Source of the DNA: an uncultured Caulobacterales bacterium
GTDB taxonomy: Bacteria > Pseudomonadota > Alphaproteobacteria > Caulobacterales > Parvularculaceae
Assembly (NCBI GenBank): GCA_964556115.1
Contig: CAZKVC010000007.1
Coordinates: forward strand, 3,207 to 67,206
DNA: 64,000 nt
Direction: 5' to 3'
In this document: in pieces, positions 44,942-54,238 of the stretch
How positions within the stretch are numbered: position 1 is the stretch's first letter
Layout: each line of letters opens with the position of its first letter
The notes under the pieces: generated by a model
What the model was told of the DNA's origin: nothing
Databases searched by the model: none
What the model saw: the letters and a program-made list of their open reading frames with translations, nothing else
Translations under genes and position numbers: made by a program

Positions 44942-46024
44942 TTAGAGCGTCAGCGAACGTTTGCCCGTGCGGTAGACATAGTTGATGACCTCGGCCACCG
45001 CCTTGAAGAATTCGGGCGGGATCGGCTGATCCTCCTCGAGGCCCGCATGAAGGGCGCGGGCGAGGGGCGGGTTCTCGATCACGGGCACGTTGTGCTCGAC
45101 GGCCTTCTCCCGCATCTTCAGCGCGACAAGGTTGCGACCCTTTGCGATGCACATCGGGGCGTCGCTTTCTGCCGGAACATAGCGCAGGGCCACGGCATAG
45201 TGGGTCGGGTTCATGATCAGGACGGTGGCGTTCGGTACCTTCTCGATCGAGTCCCGGCGCTTTTTCGAGCGGCGGATTTCCGCCATGCGCTGCTTGATCT
45301 GTGGGTCGCCTTCGGTCTGCTTGAACTCGTCCTTGACCTCCTGCTTGGTCATGCGCTGCTTCTTCTTCCACTCCATCTGTTTCCAGATGACGTCGATCAC
45401 GGCGATCAGCACCATGACGACCAGCACGGCGGAGAGAAGCTTGATGACCATCGCCTGCATGCGTTGGGGCACCTCGTTGAGGTCGTAGCTCGCCATGGCG
45501 GTGAAGTTCTCAAGCTCGTTCACCGTAAAGAGCGCCACCACGCCCGAAACCACGGCGACCTTTGTGAGGTTCTTGCCGAGCTCCACGAGGCTGTCCTGGC
45601 TGAAGATCCGCTTGAGGCCTTCCATCGGGTTCAGACGGTCCGGCTTGGGTTTGATGCGGTCGGTGGCGAACACCAGGGCGTTCTGGCCGAAGGCGGCGAG
45701 AAGCGCTGCGAAGGCGAATGCGAGAAAGAGCGGCGACATGGCCGCGAAGATCTGCATGAAGAGCGAGCCGAGGGCGGCGACCATGTCATATTGCGCGCCG
45801 CCGACCCTGATATCGTGGACACTGGCGACGAAGGGCGAGACCGAACGGTTGATCGAACGCACCAGCGGCGGGCCAGCGAAAGCAAGAAGGAGAATGGTCG
45901 CCACCATCGAGCCGAGGGTGCCGACCTCCTTACTGTTGGGAATGTCCCCTTTCTTTCTGGCATCCGCCAGCTTCTTAGGGGAGGCTTCCTCTGTCTTCTG
46001 ACTTTCGTCCGGTTTCTCGGCCAC
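44942..46024 (-). CDS. flhB: Flagellar export protein FlhB
   Basis: EKPDESQKTEEASPKKLADARKKGDIP N-terminus and the NPTHYAVAL autocleavage site. Confidence 0.9.
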   Translation of the reverse strand: MAEKPDESQKTEEASPKKLADARKKGDIPNSKEVGTLGSMVATILLLAFAGPPLVRSINRSVSPFVASVHDIRVGGAQYDMVAALGSLFMQIFAAMSPLFLAFAFAALLAAFGQNALVFATDRIKPKPDRLNPMEGLKRIFSQDSLVELGKNLTKVAVVSGVVALFTVNELENFTAMASYDLNEVPQRMQAMVIKLLSAVLVVMVLIAVIDVIWKQMEWKKKQRMTKQEVKDEFKQTEGDPQIKQRMAEIRRSKKRRDSIEKVPNATVLIMNPTHYAVALRYVPAESDAPMCIAKGRNLVALKMREKAVEHNVPVIENPPLARALHAGLEEDQPIPPEFFKAVAEVINYVYRTGKRSLTL

Positions 46025-46033
46025 GGCTTCCCC

Positions 46034-46798
46034 CTAGATGAAAGGCGCTGCGAGCCAGCCCGAAAAGGCGGCGCGGAAGGCGGCGAGGACCGGACCGATC
46101 GCATAGGCGAGGACGTAAAGTCCGCCCAGGATCGAAATCGGCATGGCGACGAAGTAGAGCGGCAGGCTGGCCAGCATCTTGTTGATGAGGCCAACGCCGA
46201 GGTTGAAGATCACCGACAGGAGAATGAAGGGCGCGGCCATCTGGATGCCGAGGGCGAAGGCGCCGGCGAAGACCTTGACGAGGGCATTGGCGGCGTCGCC
46301 CATATTCGGAAAACCGCCGAGCGGGATCACCATGTAGCTGACCGCCATGGCGTCGATCATCAGGTAATGAAGCCCGCTGACGAAGGTGAAGAGGATCGCG
46401 CCCACCACGAACCACGCGCCGAGGATCGAGCTTGCCTCCATCAAGGGCGCGCCCGAGGCGAAGATGTTGGACAGCGATGTGAGCTGGGAGGTGAGCTGGC
46501 CTGCGATCTGCGGCGCGGCCAGGAACATCCGCATCGCCCCGCCGAAGATCAGCCCGGCGGTGATCTCGCTGACCATCGCGCCGATGACGTCCGGGAAGCC
46601 GTCCAGCGGCGGCAGCAGCTTGCCGACGGTCACGCTGACGATCAGGGTCACCGCCAAGGCGAAGCTGAGCCTGATCCGCGGGCTGACATAGGTCTCCCCA
46701 AGACCCGGCATCAGCATGCAGATGGTGCCGATCCGCGCGAAGGTCAGAAGAAGGACCGTCAACTGATCGGAGGCGCCGCTCAGCGGTATCTCAACCAT
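46034..46798 (-). CDS. fliR: Flagellar export protein FliR
   Basis: Polytopic protein. LLLTFARIGTICMLMPGLGE start typical of FliR. Confidence 0.9.
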   Translation of the reverse strand: MVEIPLSGASDQLTVLLLTFARIGTICMLMPGLGETYVSPRIRLSFALAVTLIVSVTVGKLLPPLDGFPDVIGAMVSEITAGLIFGGAMRMFLAAPQIAGQLTSQLTSLSNIFASGAPLMEASSILGAWFVVGAILFTFVSGLHYLMIDAMAVSYMVIPLGGFPNMGDAANALVKVFAGAFALGIQMAAPFILLSVIFNLGVGLINKMLASLPLYFVAMPISILGGLYVLAYAIGPVLAAFRAAFSGWLAAPFI

Positions 46799-47441
46799 GA
46801 AGCCGCCGGTCCTTCTCGAAGGCGTCGAAATGCGGCCCGCAGGCGCGCCGCAGCCGGCGGTAATCGTCGGGCAGGAGGTGCGATGAAGCTGTCAGGAGCG
46901 CCCTGAGGCGCTTGTTCGTGCAATGATTGGCTGACCAGCTTTCACCCCGCGCGGGCGGCAGGGGTGCATCGGTCGAAACGCAATGCCGGATCACGTGGTC
47001 CGCGATGGCCACGGCGCGGGCATAGACCTCGTTGCCGAAAGAGACGAGCTCGGCATCGCCAGGAAGGCCGAAGCGGTCGACCATCAGGATCGGCCCGTCA
47101 TCCACCTTGGCCGTCATCTCATGGGCCGTGACACCGAAGCTGCGTGCACCGTTGAAGATGGCAAAGACGAGGCCGTGGGCGCCGGGGAACTCGGGCGGAC
47201 CCGGATGGATATTGATCGGCTGCGGGCGAAGACGCGCAAGGATCGTCTCGGGCACGATCACATTGGTCAGAAAGGTGATGAGCCGCGTCCTGTGCCCGCC
47301 GCTCCTCGTGGCGAGGTCGAGGCTCGAAAGGCTGGAGCACCAGAGGGTCTCAAGGCCGGGCGCCATCACCTCGACATGACGCCGGAAGGCGTCGCCTTCG
47401 GCTTCGCCGCAAAGGAAGATGATGCGCCGGTTCCAGCTCAT
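46791..47441 (-). CDS. Formyltransferase-like protein (Formyl_trans_N-type core)
   Basis: INIHPGPPEFPGAHGLVFAIFNG...GVTAHEMTAKVDDGPIL parallels the Fmt/PurN core INVHxSLLPxxRG...GVTxxxMxxxxDxGxI, with the Asn/His/Asp positions present. Overlaps the flhA stop by 4 nt and the fliR start by 8 nt. Confidence 0.6.
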   Translation of the reverse strand: MSWNRRIIFLCGEAEGDAFRRHVEVMAPGLETLWCSSLSSLDLATRSGGHRTRLITFLTNVIVPETILARLRPQPINIHPGPPEFPGAHGLVFAIFNGARSFGVTAHEMTAKVDDGPILMVDRFGLPGDAELVSFGNEVYARAVAIADHVIRHCVSTDAPLPPARGESWSANHCTNKRLRALLTASSHLLPDDYRRLRRACGPHFDAFEKDRRLHG

Positions 47442-49510
47442 GCGATCTGATCCACCGTCTTGATGGCGACCGAGCTGTGAAGCTCATTGTGCGAAACGAT
47501 CGGCACATGGGGCGCCGCGCGTTCGAGAAGCGAACGCACGAAGGGTCTCGCCTCGGCCGAGGTGAGGATGACCGGGGGCTGCTCTTCGTCCTTGTACTTC
47601 TGGACAACGTTGCGGCCCGCGGCGATGAACTCCTGCACCAGGTTCGGCGGCATGGCGAACATGCGCTCCGAACCCGGATCGCCCTGCATGCTCTCGAGGA
47701 AGGCGCGCTCCCATCGTCCCGAAAGCGCAATCACCGCCACATAGCCGTCCTCGCCCTGGACGGCGGTCGAGATCTGCTTGGCGAGGCGCTGGCGCACATG
47801 CTCGATGATCGGCGCGGGGTTCCGGGTCCAGCCGGTGGCCTCGGCAACGGCCTCGAGGATCGCGGGCAGGTTCCTGATCGAGACCCGCTCGGCCAGAAGA
47901 CCCTGCAGGACCCGCTGCATGCCGACCTGGCTGAGCTGCCCCGGCACGATGTCGGCGAGGAGCTTGCGGTATTCGGGCTCCAGCGTGTCGATCAGCTTCT
48001 GCAGCGCCGAATAGGTGAGCAGCGAGGGCAGGTGGTCCTTGATCGTCTCGGACAAGTGGGTGATCAGTACACTGTCCGCCGAAACCACGGTGTAGCCGCG
48101 CGCTTCGGCTTCCTCGGCCGAGCTGTCGGCCACCCAGCGGGCGGGCATGTCGAAGCTCGGGTCGCGGGTCGGCTCGCCGGGCAGGTCCACTTCGCCTCCA
48201 TGCGGGTCAATGGCCATGACGCAGCCGGGGCGCACGAAGCCTTTGGCGACTTCGACATCCTGGATCGACACCCGGTACTCGTCCGGCGGCACGTAGAGAT
48301 TGTCCTTGATGCGCACCGGCGGCAGCAGGAAGCCGAACTCCGACGCGAAACGGCGACGCAGGGATTTGACCTTGTTCGGAAGGCCCCGCTCGGGGTTCGA
48401 GATCATGGTGAGAAGCCGCGAGCCCACTTCGAGCTGCAGGTCCTCGATCTTCAGGCTGTCCTCGGCCGGGATCTCCTTGGGGGCTTCCTTGGTTTCCTGG
48501 GCAGCGGCGATCAGCGCGGCGTCTTTCTTCTTCTGGCGCGGGATCAGGATCCCCGCTCCGGCGATGAAGGCCGCCATGCCGACGAAGGGGAAGAAGGGAA
48601 GGCCCGGGACGAGGCCCATCACCGCCATCATCCCCGAAACCATCAGGAGCGCCTTGGGGTACTCGCCGAGCTGGGCGAAGACCGCCTTGTCCGTCGAGCC
48701 CTCGTTGCGGCCCTTGGTGACGAGGAGGCCCGCGGCCAGCGAGACCACGAGGGCGGGGATCTGCGATGCGAGGCCGTCACCGATCGTCAGGGTGGTGTAG
48801 GAGGATGCCGCCTCGCCGATGGTGATGCCCATCTGCGCCACACCGACGATGATGCCGCCGATGATGTTGATGAAGACGATGATCATCCCGGCCATGGCGT
48901 CGCCGCGGACGAATTTCGACGCACCGTCCATCGAGCCGAAGAAGGCGCTCTCGTCTTCCAGGGTCTTGCGCCGGTTGCGCGCCTCGACATCGTCGATCAG
49001 CCCGGCGGCGAGGTCGGCATCGATCGCCATCTGCTTGCCGGGGATCGCATCGAGGGTGAAGCGCGCGCCGACTTCCGCGATCCGGGTCGCGCCCTTGGTG
49101 ATGACGATGAAGTTGATGATGACGAGGATCGCGAAGACGATCAGCCCGATGACGTAATTGCCGCCGATCATCAGTTGGCTGAAACCGTAGATCACGCCCC
49201 CGGCCGCATCCGTGCCCTGGTGGCCATTGGCGAGGATGAGGCGCGTCGAGGCGATGTTGAGCGCCAGGCGCAATATCGTCGCGATCAGGAGGACGGTCGG
49301 GAAGGAGCTGAAATCGAGAGGCTTCTCGATCCAAAGGGCGACCATCAGGATGAGGATCGAGAAGGCGAGGGAGAAGGTGAGCCCAAGATCCAGCGCCCAT
49401 GCGGGCAGCGGGACGAAGAGAACCACGAGGATGCCCAGCATCCCGATGGCGAAGGCCACGTCACGGTTGGTGTCGTTGCCGAATAGCCTAAGCGCTGCGT
49501 CCACGTTCAT
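47438..49510 (-). CDS. flhA: Flagellar export gate protein FlhA
   Basis: Full-length match to the FlhA pattern: FPTVLLIATILRLALNIASTRLIL, RFTLDAIPGKQMAIDADL, GASKFVRGDA. Confidence 0.95.
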   Translation of the reverse strand: MNVDAALRLFGNDTNRDVAFAIGMLGILVVLFVPLPAWALDLGLTFSLAFSILILMVALWIEKPLDFSSFPTVLLIATILRLALNIASTRLILANGHQGTDAAGGVIYGFSQLMIGGNYVIGLIVFAILVIINFIVITKGATRIAEVGARFTLDAIPGKQMAIDADLAAGLIDDVEARNRRKTLEDESAFFGSMDGASKFVRGDAMAGMIIVFINIIGGIIVGVAQMGITIGEAASSYTTLTIGDGLASQIPALVVSLAAGLLVTKGRNEGSTDKAVFAQLGEYPKALLMVSGMMAVMGLVPGLPFFPFVGMAAFIAGAGILIPRQKKKDAALIAAAQETKEAPKEIPAEDSLKIEDLQLEVGSRLLTMISNPERGLPNKVKSLRRRFASEFGFLLPPVRIKDNLYVPPDEYRVSIQDVEVAKGFVRPGCVMAIDPHGGEVDLPGEPTRDPSFDMPARWVADSSAEEAEARGYTVVSADSVLITHLSETIKDHLPSLLTYSALQKLIDTLEPEYRKLLADIVPGQLSQVGMQRVLQGLLAERVSIRNLPAILEAVAEATGWTRNPAPIIEHVRQRLAKQISTAVQGEDGYVAVIALSGRWERAFLESMQGDPGSERMFAMPPNLVQEFIAAGRNVVQKYKDEEQPPVILTSAEARPFVRSLLERAAPHVPIVSHNELHSSVAIKTVDQIA

Positions 49511-49582
49511 CGTCCCTTTGTCGCGCGGGCCGGACGGCTTCTGCCGGTCCGAAAATAGGGGAGTTCCCCCGCGCGCGAAGGT

Positions 49583-49598
49583 GTCAAAACGAGTTTAA
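49583..49598 (-). promoter_or_regulatory. TTAAACTCGTTTTGAC element upstream of flhA (CtrA-box-like)
   Basis: The minus-strand reading matches the fliK upstream element. About 73 nt before the flhA ATG. Confidence 0.4.
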
Positions 49599-49632
49599 AG
49601 GGGGTTTAGGGCGACCCCTGATGCGGCTGGTT

Positions 49633-51348
49633 TCATTCGGTCCGCTGGAAGGGAATGCGCCGTGCCCGGCCGTAGGAGATGAACATCTCCATTCCGCCTT
49701 CGGCGGCCTTCTCGAACTGCACCGCGCCGAAGATCCAGGGCCCTGAAAACCGCCCCTCTCCGGGCGCAGGCTCGAGATCGGCCGAGCCGTTCCTGAGATG
49801 GCTGAGGACCAGCCCGCCGCCTTCCCCGGCCTCGATCTCATAGAAGGTCTGAAGCTCGTGCGAATAATAACGCCCGGCAAAACGCGCGGGGTCTTCGGCG
49901 GGCTCCTCGACGACCCTTTCGAGGACGGTTTCGCCGAACTGCTCCAGGGTGATCCGGTCCGGTTCGCTACCGAAACGGTCCGGGTCCCGCAGGGTGATAT
50001 CGCCCATGCGGGTGGGGATGACGAGGTCGCCTCCGCGCGTCTCGCCAAACACCATGGGCGCAGCCCAGCGCGAGGCGATGGCCAGGCCCTCTCCCGACGG
50101 CATGATCTCGACGGCCGGGCCTCCTCGAACAGCGAAGGGGCCTTCATAGCGATGGTTGTTCGCCCTGAGGCCGGGGCCTTCTGTCACCGCCCAGGTGCCG
50201 CTGAGCGCTTCGATCACGTCAGCCGAAAGCGGCGCCGCCTCGCGCTCTTCCTCCTCGGCCCGCGCCAGCTCCTCCGGAAAAGCCGCCGCGCCGATCTCCT
50301 GAGAAAGGGCCGGGCTGTTGAAGTCGCTGGCGTTGCCGACAAGCACCACCGCCGCATCCACAGAAGGGTAGGCGCCGACATAGGCGCGGTAGCCGGCATC
50401 GACACCGAAATGGTGGAAATGCCGCGCGCCGAGCCACTCGAGCTCAATCAGGCCCATGCCGTAGAACGTCTCTTCGCCGTTCGCGAGCCTACCCATGCGG
50501 CGCATCTGCCGGACCGGAAGGCCGAGCTTGCCCTTCGGGTTCTCGAGCAGCGCGGCAAAGCGGCCAAGATCCCGCGCCGTCGAGACGATGTTGTGTGGCC
50601 CGAACGTTTCGGCCTCGAAAAGGGCGCGTGAGAAGTTGCCTTCGCCATCGGCCACATAGGACTCCGCCCGTCCGGGGATCAGGGCCGAGGCATCGCTGAC
50701 GGCGCGGGTGTTCGTCATCCCAAGGGGCCTGAAAACCCGCTCTTCGAGGAACGCTGGAAAGCTCATGCCGCTCACCCGCTGGACGATCTCGGCAAGCAGG
50801 GTGTAGTTGCTGTTGACGTAATTATATTCCGTACCGGGAGCGAAATCGAGCTCCTCCTGCCGCGTGATGTAACGCAGCATGACCTCGTGCTCGGCCAGGT
50901 CGCTCGGTCCATAGCCCGCCATCCAGAACGCCCCCCACTGATCGCGCAGGCCGCTCTGGTGGTTGAGCAGGTGCCGGATGGTCAACGGGTGCCCGTAATC
51001 GGGCAGTTCCCCGATGATGCCGCGCACCTCGTCATCGAAGGAAAGCGCGCCCTCCTGTTCCAGAAGCACGACCGCATAAGCCGTGAACATCTTGGCGACC
51101 GACCCGGTCTGGACCGGCGTATCGAGGGTGAAGGCCGCACCCCGCTCAAGATCGGCAAGGCCGACCGCCTCGGCAAAGATCACCTCGCCATCCTCGATCA
51201 CGACCGCCGCCCCGCCGGGCCGCTCACCCCGATAGGGATCGAGAAGCGAAGACAGCGCGCCTTCATCCTGGGCAAAGGCATGCGGGACGGAGAAAGCGGC
51301 GACGGCGCTGGCGCATATCCATTGCAATGAGCGGACAACTGTCGGCAT
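49633..51348 (-). CDS. Secreted serine hydrolase (class C beta-lactamase/DD-peptidase family) with C-terminal extension
   Basis: Signal peptide ending AFAQ. SxxK as TGSVAK, and YVNSNY (YxN). Confidence 0.8.
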   Translation of the reverse strand: MPTVVRSLQWICASAVAAFSVPHAFAQDEGALSSLLDPYRGERPGGAAVVIEDGEVIFAEAVGLADLERGAAFTLDTPVQTGSVAKMFTAYAVVLLEQEGALSFDDEVRGIIGELPDYGHPLTIRHLLNHQSGLRDQWGAFWMAGYGPSDLAEHEVMLRYITRQEELDFAPGTEYNYVNSNYTLLAEIVQRVSGMSFPAFLEERVFRPLGMTNTRAVSDASALIPGRAESYVADGEGNFSRALFEAETFGPHNIVSTARDLGRFAALLENPKGKLGLPVRQMRRMGRLANGEETFYGMGLIELEWLGARHFHHFGVDAGYRAYVGAYPSVDAAVVLVGNASDFNSPALSQEIGAAAFPEELARAEEEEREAAPLSADVIEALSGTWAVTEGPGLRANNHRYEGPFAVRGGPAVEIMPSGEGLAIASRWAAPMVFGETRGGDLVIPTRMGDITLRDPDRFGSEPDRITLEQFGETVLERVVEEPAEDPARFAGRYYSHELQTFYEIEAGEGGGLVLSHLRNGSADLEPAPGEGRFSGPWIFGAVQFEKAAEGGMEMFISYGRARRIPFQRTE

Positions 51349-51589
51349 CGGAAAAGTCCCTTGGTCTATGTCCCATTCAAAACGAGCACGCGTCGACTTT
51401 GCGGTCCTGACAGGCCCGCTCGCTCGTCACAAGATAGAACGTCGTATTTTGCATCGCTTCGCTCAGCGGCGAACGATCAGAAGTGTCTGGCAGATAGTCG
51501 CCGAAACCTCGCCGAATGTCGGGGCGCTACTATGTCTTCGGAAAGTGAGGGGCGCGCGGCGCATTCGCGGCGGTCTCTGCGGAGTTCAG

Positions 51590-52246
51590 ATGCCTGCATC
51601 GCGCAATGTGGCCGTGATCGGTCTTGGTACCTTCGGGAGCGCGGTGGCGCGGCATCTGGCCCGGTTCGGCGATCACGTCATGGGGGTGGACAGCAACGAG
51701 GCTGCGGTGTCGAGCCTCGACGAGGATCTCAGCCGTGCGGTCATCACCGATGCGCGGGACATCAAGGCGCTGAAGGAGGCGGGGCTTGGCTCCTACGACG
51801 TTGCGGTGGTCTGCATGGCGACGAATATCGAGGCGAACATCCTCGCCGTGATGAACGCGAAGGATCTCGGTGTCCCGCAAGTCTGGGCGAAGTCGTCTTC
51901 ATCGACCCATGCCCGCATCCTTACGCAGATCGGGGTCCACCGAACCCTCAGCCCGGAGGAGACCTATGGCGAGCTTGTCGCCCAGGCGCTTCACAACCCC
52001 CTCATGCGCGGCTCGGTGCGTCTGACCGAAGGGCTCCACTTCGCCCAGATCGAAACGCCGACGCGCTTTGTCGGACGCCGCATCGCGGAGGTGCGCTTTG
52101 GCGAGCGCCACGACCTCGACTGCCTCGGCATCCTGCGCGACGGCCGGCCGCGCCGGGCGGCGGAGGACGAGGCGATCGAGAACGGCGACACCCTGCTTCT
52201 CGTCGGAACGCGTCAGGCGATGCGCCTCTTCGCCGACAAGGGCTGA
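51590..52246 (+). CDS. TrkA/KtrA-type K+ transport NAD-binding subunit
   Basis: VAVIGLGTFGSAVARHL RCK N-domain plus a TrkA-C domain. Start trimmed to MPASRN after GGAG. Confidence 0.8.
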   Translation: MPASRNVAVIGLGTFGSAVARHLARFGDHVMGVDSNEAAVSSLDEDLSRAVITDARDIKALKEAGLGSYDVAVVCMATNIEANILAVMNAKDLGVPQVWAKSSSSTHARILTQIGVHRTLSPEETYGELVAQALHNPLMRGSVRLTEGLHFAQIETPTRFVGRRIAEVRFGERHDLDCLGILRDGRPRRAAEDEAIENGDTLLLVGTRQAMRLFADKG

Positions 52247-52261
52247 CGGGGCGCGGGGACT

Positions 52262-53608
52262 GTGGGTTTGCGAGAAAGCTCTTCCCTCCGCGCCGGGGCG
52301 GTCAGGCTGCCGCCCCCTGCCGTCCTGGCGCTTCTCTATCTGGTCCTCATCCTTTCCGGTGCGGCGCTTCTCAAGCTGCCTGCCGCCCTCCAGGCGCCGA
52401 TCACCTGGTCCGACGCCCTGTTCATGGCGACTTCGGCGGTGACGGTGACCGGGCTCGTGGTGATCGACCCCGGCACCACGCTGACCGTCTTCGGTCAGGG
52501 GGTGATCGCTGCCCTGATCCAGCTCGGCGGGCTTGGCCTCATGGCCTTCGCGGTGATCGTCCTTCGCTCGCTCGGCCTGCCGATCGGATTGCCGCAGAAG
52601 CTCTTCCTGCAAGAAGACCTCGGCCAGACCTCGCTTTCACAGCTTCTGGGGCTGGTCGGTGTTATCTTCCAGGTGGTGGTCGCGGCGGTGCTTGCCGGGA
52701 CCCTGCTCCTCGCGATTGTCATGGTGCCCGATCACGGGCTGATGGAAGGGCTATGGCAGGCGTTCTTCCATGCCGTTTCCGCCTTCAACAATGCCGGCTT
52801 CTCGCTCTTTCCGGACAGCCTGACCCGCTACGCGGGCGACCCGCTGGTCAACATCGTCATCACGGCACTCTTCATCGTGGGCGGTCTTGGTTTCGCGGTC
52901 CTCTCCGATCTCTTTCGCTTACGGGAATGGCGCCGCTTTTCCTTGCATACGAAGCTGATGTTGGTGGGAACCGCTGCCCTGATCGGGGCAGGCGTCGGGG
53001 GCTTTGCGCTCCTCGAATGGAACAACCCGGGCACCCTGGGCGGCATTGAGGGCGCGGGCAACCGGTTCTGGGCCGCGTGGTTTCAGGGCGTGACCCCGCG
53101 CACGGCGGGCTTCAACACCGTCGATACGTCCGCCATGCGCGACGGCACGACGCTTCTGACGGTCGTCCTGATGGGCATCGGCGGCGGGCCGACTTCGACG
53201 GCCGGGGGCATCAAGGTGACGACCTTCATCGTCGCGCTTCTCGCTACCGCCGCGTTCTTCCGGCGCGAGGAGCGGCTTCACGCGTTCGGCGCAGGGATCG
53301 AACTCGACCAGATCCTCAAGGTGATGGCGCTTCTGACGATCAGCGGCGGGGTCGTGGTGCTGGCGCTTTTCGTCCTCGTCATCACCGAAGAAGGGGATTT
53401 CCTCGATATCCTCTTCGAGGCGGCCTCCGCCTTCGGCACGGTGGGCCTGAGCCAGGGCGTGACCGGCGAGCTGTCGGAGCCCGGCCGCATCGTCATCTGC
53501 TTCCTGATGTTTCTTGGCCGGGTGGGGCCTTTGACCCTTGGCTTCTTCCTCGCGACCAAGATGCCGCCGCGGGTGCGTTACCCCTCGAGCCCGATCTATC
53601 TGGGCTGA
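52262..53608 (+). CDS. TrkH/KtrB family K+ transporter
   Basis: Repeated M1-P-M2 units with selectivity-filter-like motifs (TVTGL, FNNAGF, RTAGFNT, TAGGIK). Confidence 0.85.
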   Translation: MGLRESSSLRAGAVRLPPPAVLALLYLVLILSGAALLKLPAALQAPITWSDALFMATSAVTVTGLVVIDPGTTLTVFGQGVIAALIQLGGLGLMAFAVIVLRSLGLPIGLPQKLFLQEDLGQTSLSQLLGLVGVIFQVVVAAVLAGTLLLAIVMVPDHGLMEGLWQAFFHAVSAFNNAGFSLFPDSLTRYAGDPLVNIVITALFIVGGLGFAVLSDLFRLREWRRFSLHTKLMLVGTAALIGAGVGGFALLEWNNPGTLGGIEGAGNRFWAAWFQGVTPRTAGFNTVDTSAMRDGTTLLTVVLMGIGGGPTSTAGGIKVTTFIVALLATAAFFRREERLHAFGAGIELDQILKVMALLTISGGVVVLALFVLVITEEGDFLDILFEAASAFGTVGLSQGVTGELSEPGRIVICFLMFLGRVGPLTLGFFLATKMPPRVRYPSSPIYLG

Positions 53609-53626
53609 GCGCGAAAGCCGCCGCTG

Positions 53627-54148
53627 CTAGAAACAGGTGACGTTGAAGGGCTCGCTGCGAAGGCCGCCATTGCGGTTCTGCACGAACACTTCGCCCAAGA
53701 CCTCCCGGAAGCGCCAGTTGACCATTTCGGTCATGCTGCCGTCATCGGCCATGGTCTCGAAGCGGGAAACCCGGGCTTCGCGGAGGGTGAGCTGAAGAGC
53801 TGGCAGCACGCCATTCTCGGCAGGACGAGTGAGGGTGATGGTGATCTCGGGGAAGACACGTCCCAGCGCCGCCGCTTCGATGAGGTCGGCGGTGGCGTCG
53901 TCGATGCGCTTGGCCGTCGTCAGCTCGTCGAAGCGGCAGGCCCTCGAGACGCGTCCGCGGCCGACGCCCCCCGCCTCGGGCTGACCGAGGCCGAAATCGA
54001 AGCTTTCGAGAACGATCTGCCCTCTGAAATCTGCGGTCAGGGCACCGCCATCGATACCGGCGTCGAGGAAAATACGTTCCGCACCAAGAGCTTGGCACGT
54101 GAACCCGAGAGCACATGATACCGCAAGGGCATAAAGTGGTTTCTGCAT
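53627..54148 (-). CDS. Hcp-like (T6SS tube protein fold) protein with N-terminal signal peptide; tentative
   Basis: The mature sequence IFLDAGIDGGALTADFRGQIVLESFDFGLGQ ... FDELTTAKRIDDATADLIEAAALGRVFPEITITL ... LQLTLREARVSRF ... EMVNWRFREV follows the Hcp1 pattern (MFIKIGDVKGES..EIDVLAWSWGMSQ ... LSFTKYIDKSTPNL ... AKLTI ... ITLKEVLVSSV ... ENVTLNF). The N-terminus MQKPLYALAVSCALGFTCQALGA looks like a Sec signal. Confidence 0.5.
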   Translation of the reverse strand: MQKPLYALAVSCALGFTCQALGAERIFLDAGIDGGALTADFRGQIVLESFDFGLGQPEAGGVGRGRVSRACRFDELTTAKRIDDATADLIEAAALGRVFPEITITLTRPAENGVLPALQLTLREARVSRFETMADDGSMTEMVNWRFREVLGEVFVQNRNGGLRSEPFNVTCF

Positions 54149-54238
54149 CGAGCATATCCTTTCGGAGTGACGCTTCGATGGATAGAGGCGAAGCCGCGGC
54201 GCAGCCTACGGAACTTGTCAGCAAGGGCTGCTTTTCGC

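Noticed and set aside
44758-44985. 75-aa ORF in the flgD/flhB gap
   Set aside because: It reads through the terminator hairpin and into the flhB 3' end, has no Shine-Dalgarno, and has Arg/Pro/Cys-rich composition.
45047-49486. 619-aa (45047..46906) and 669-aa (47477..49486) plus-strand ORFs
   Set aside because: They are antisense to flhB/fliR and flhA. Their His/Asp/Arg/Gly-rich products have no recognisable domains.
51361-53049. 562-aa plus-strand ORF overlapping ktrA/ktrB out of frame
   Set aside because: Its product is extremely Arg/Pro/Gly-rich. The alternative frames give clean TrkA- and TrkH-family proteins.
53627-54148. Interpreting the Hcp-like gene as evidence for a type VI secretion locus
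   Set aside because: No TssB/C, VgrG, ClpV, TssM or other T6SS gene is in the window. The protein also appears Sec-exported, so it is reported only as an orphan Hcp-fold candidate.
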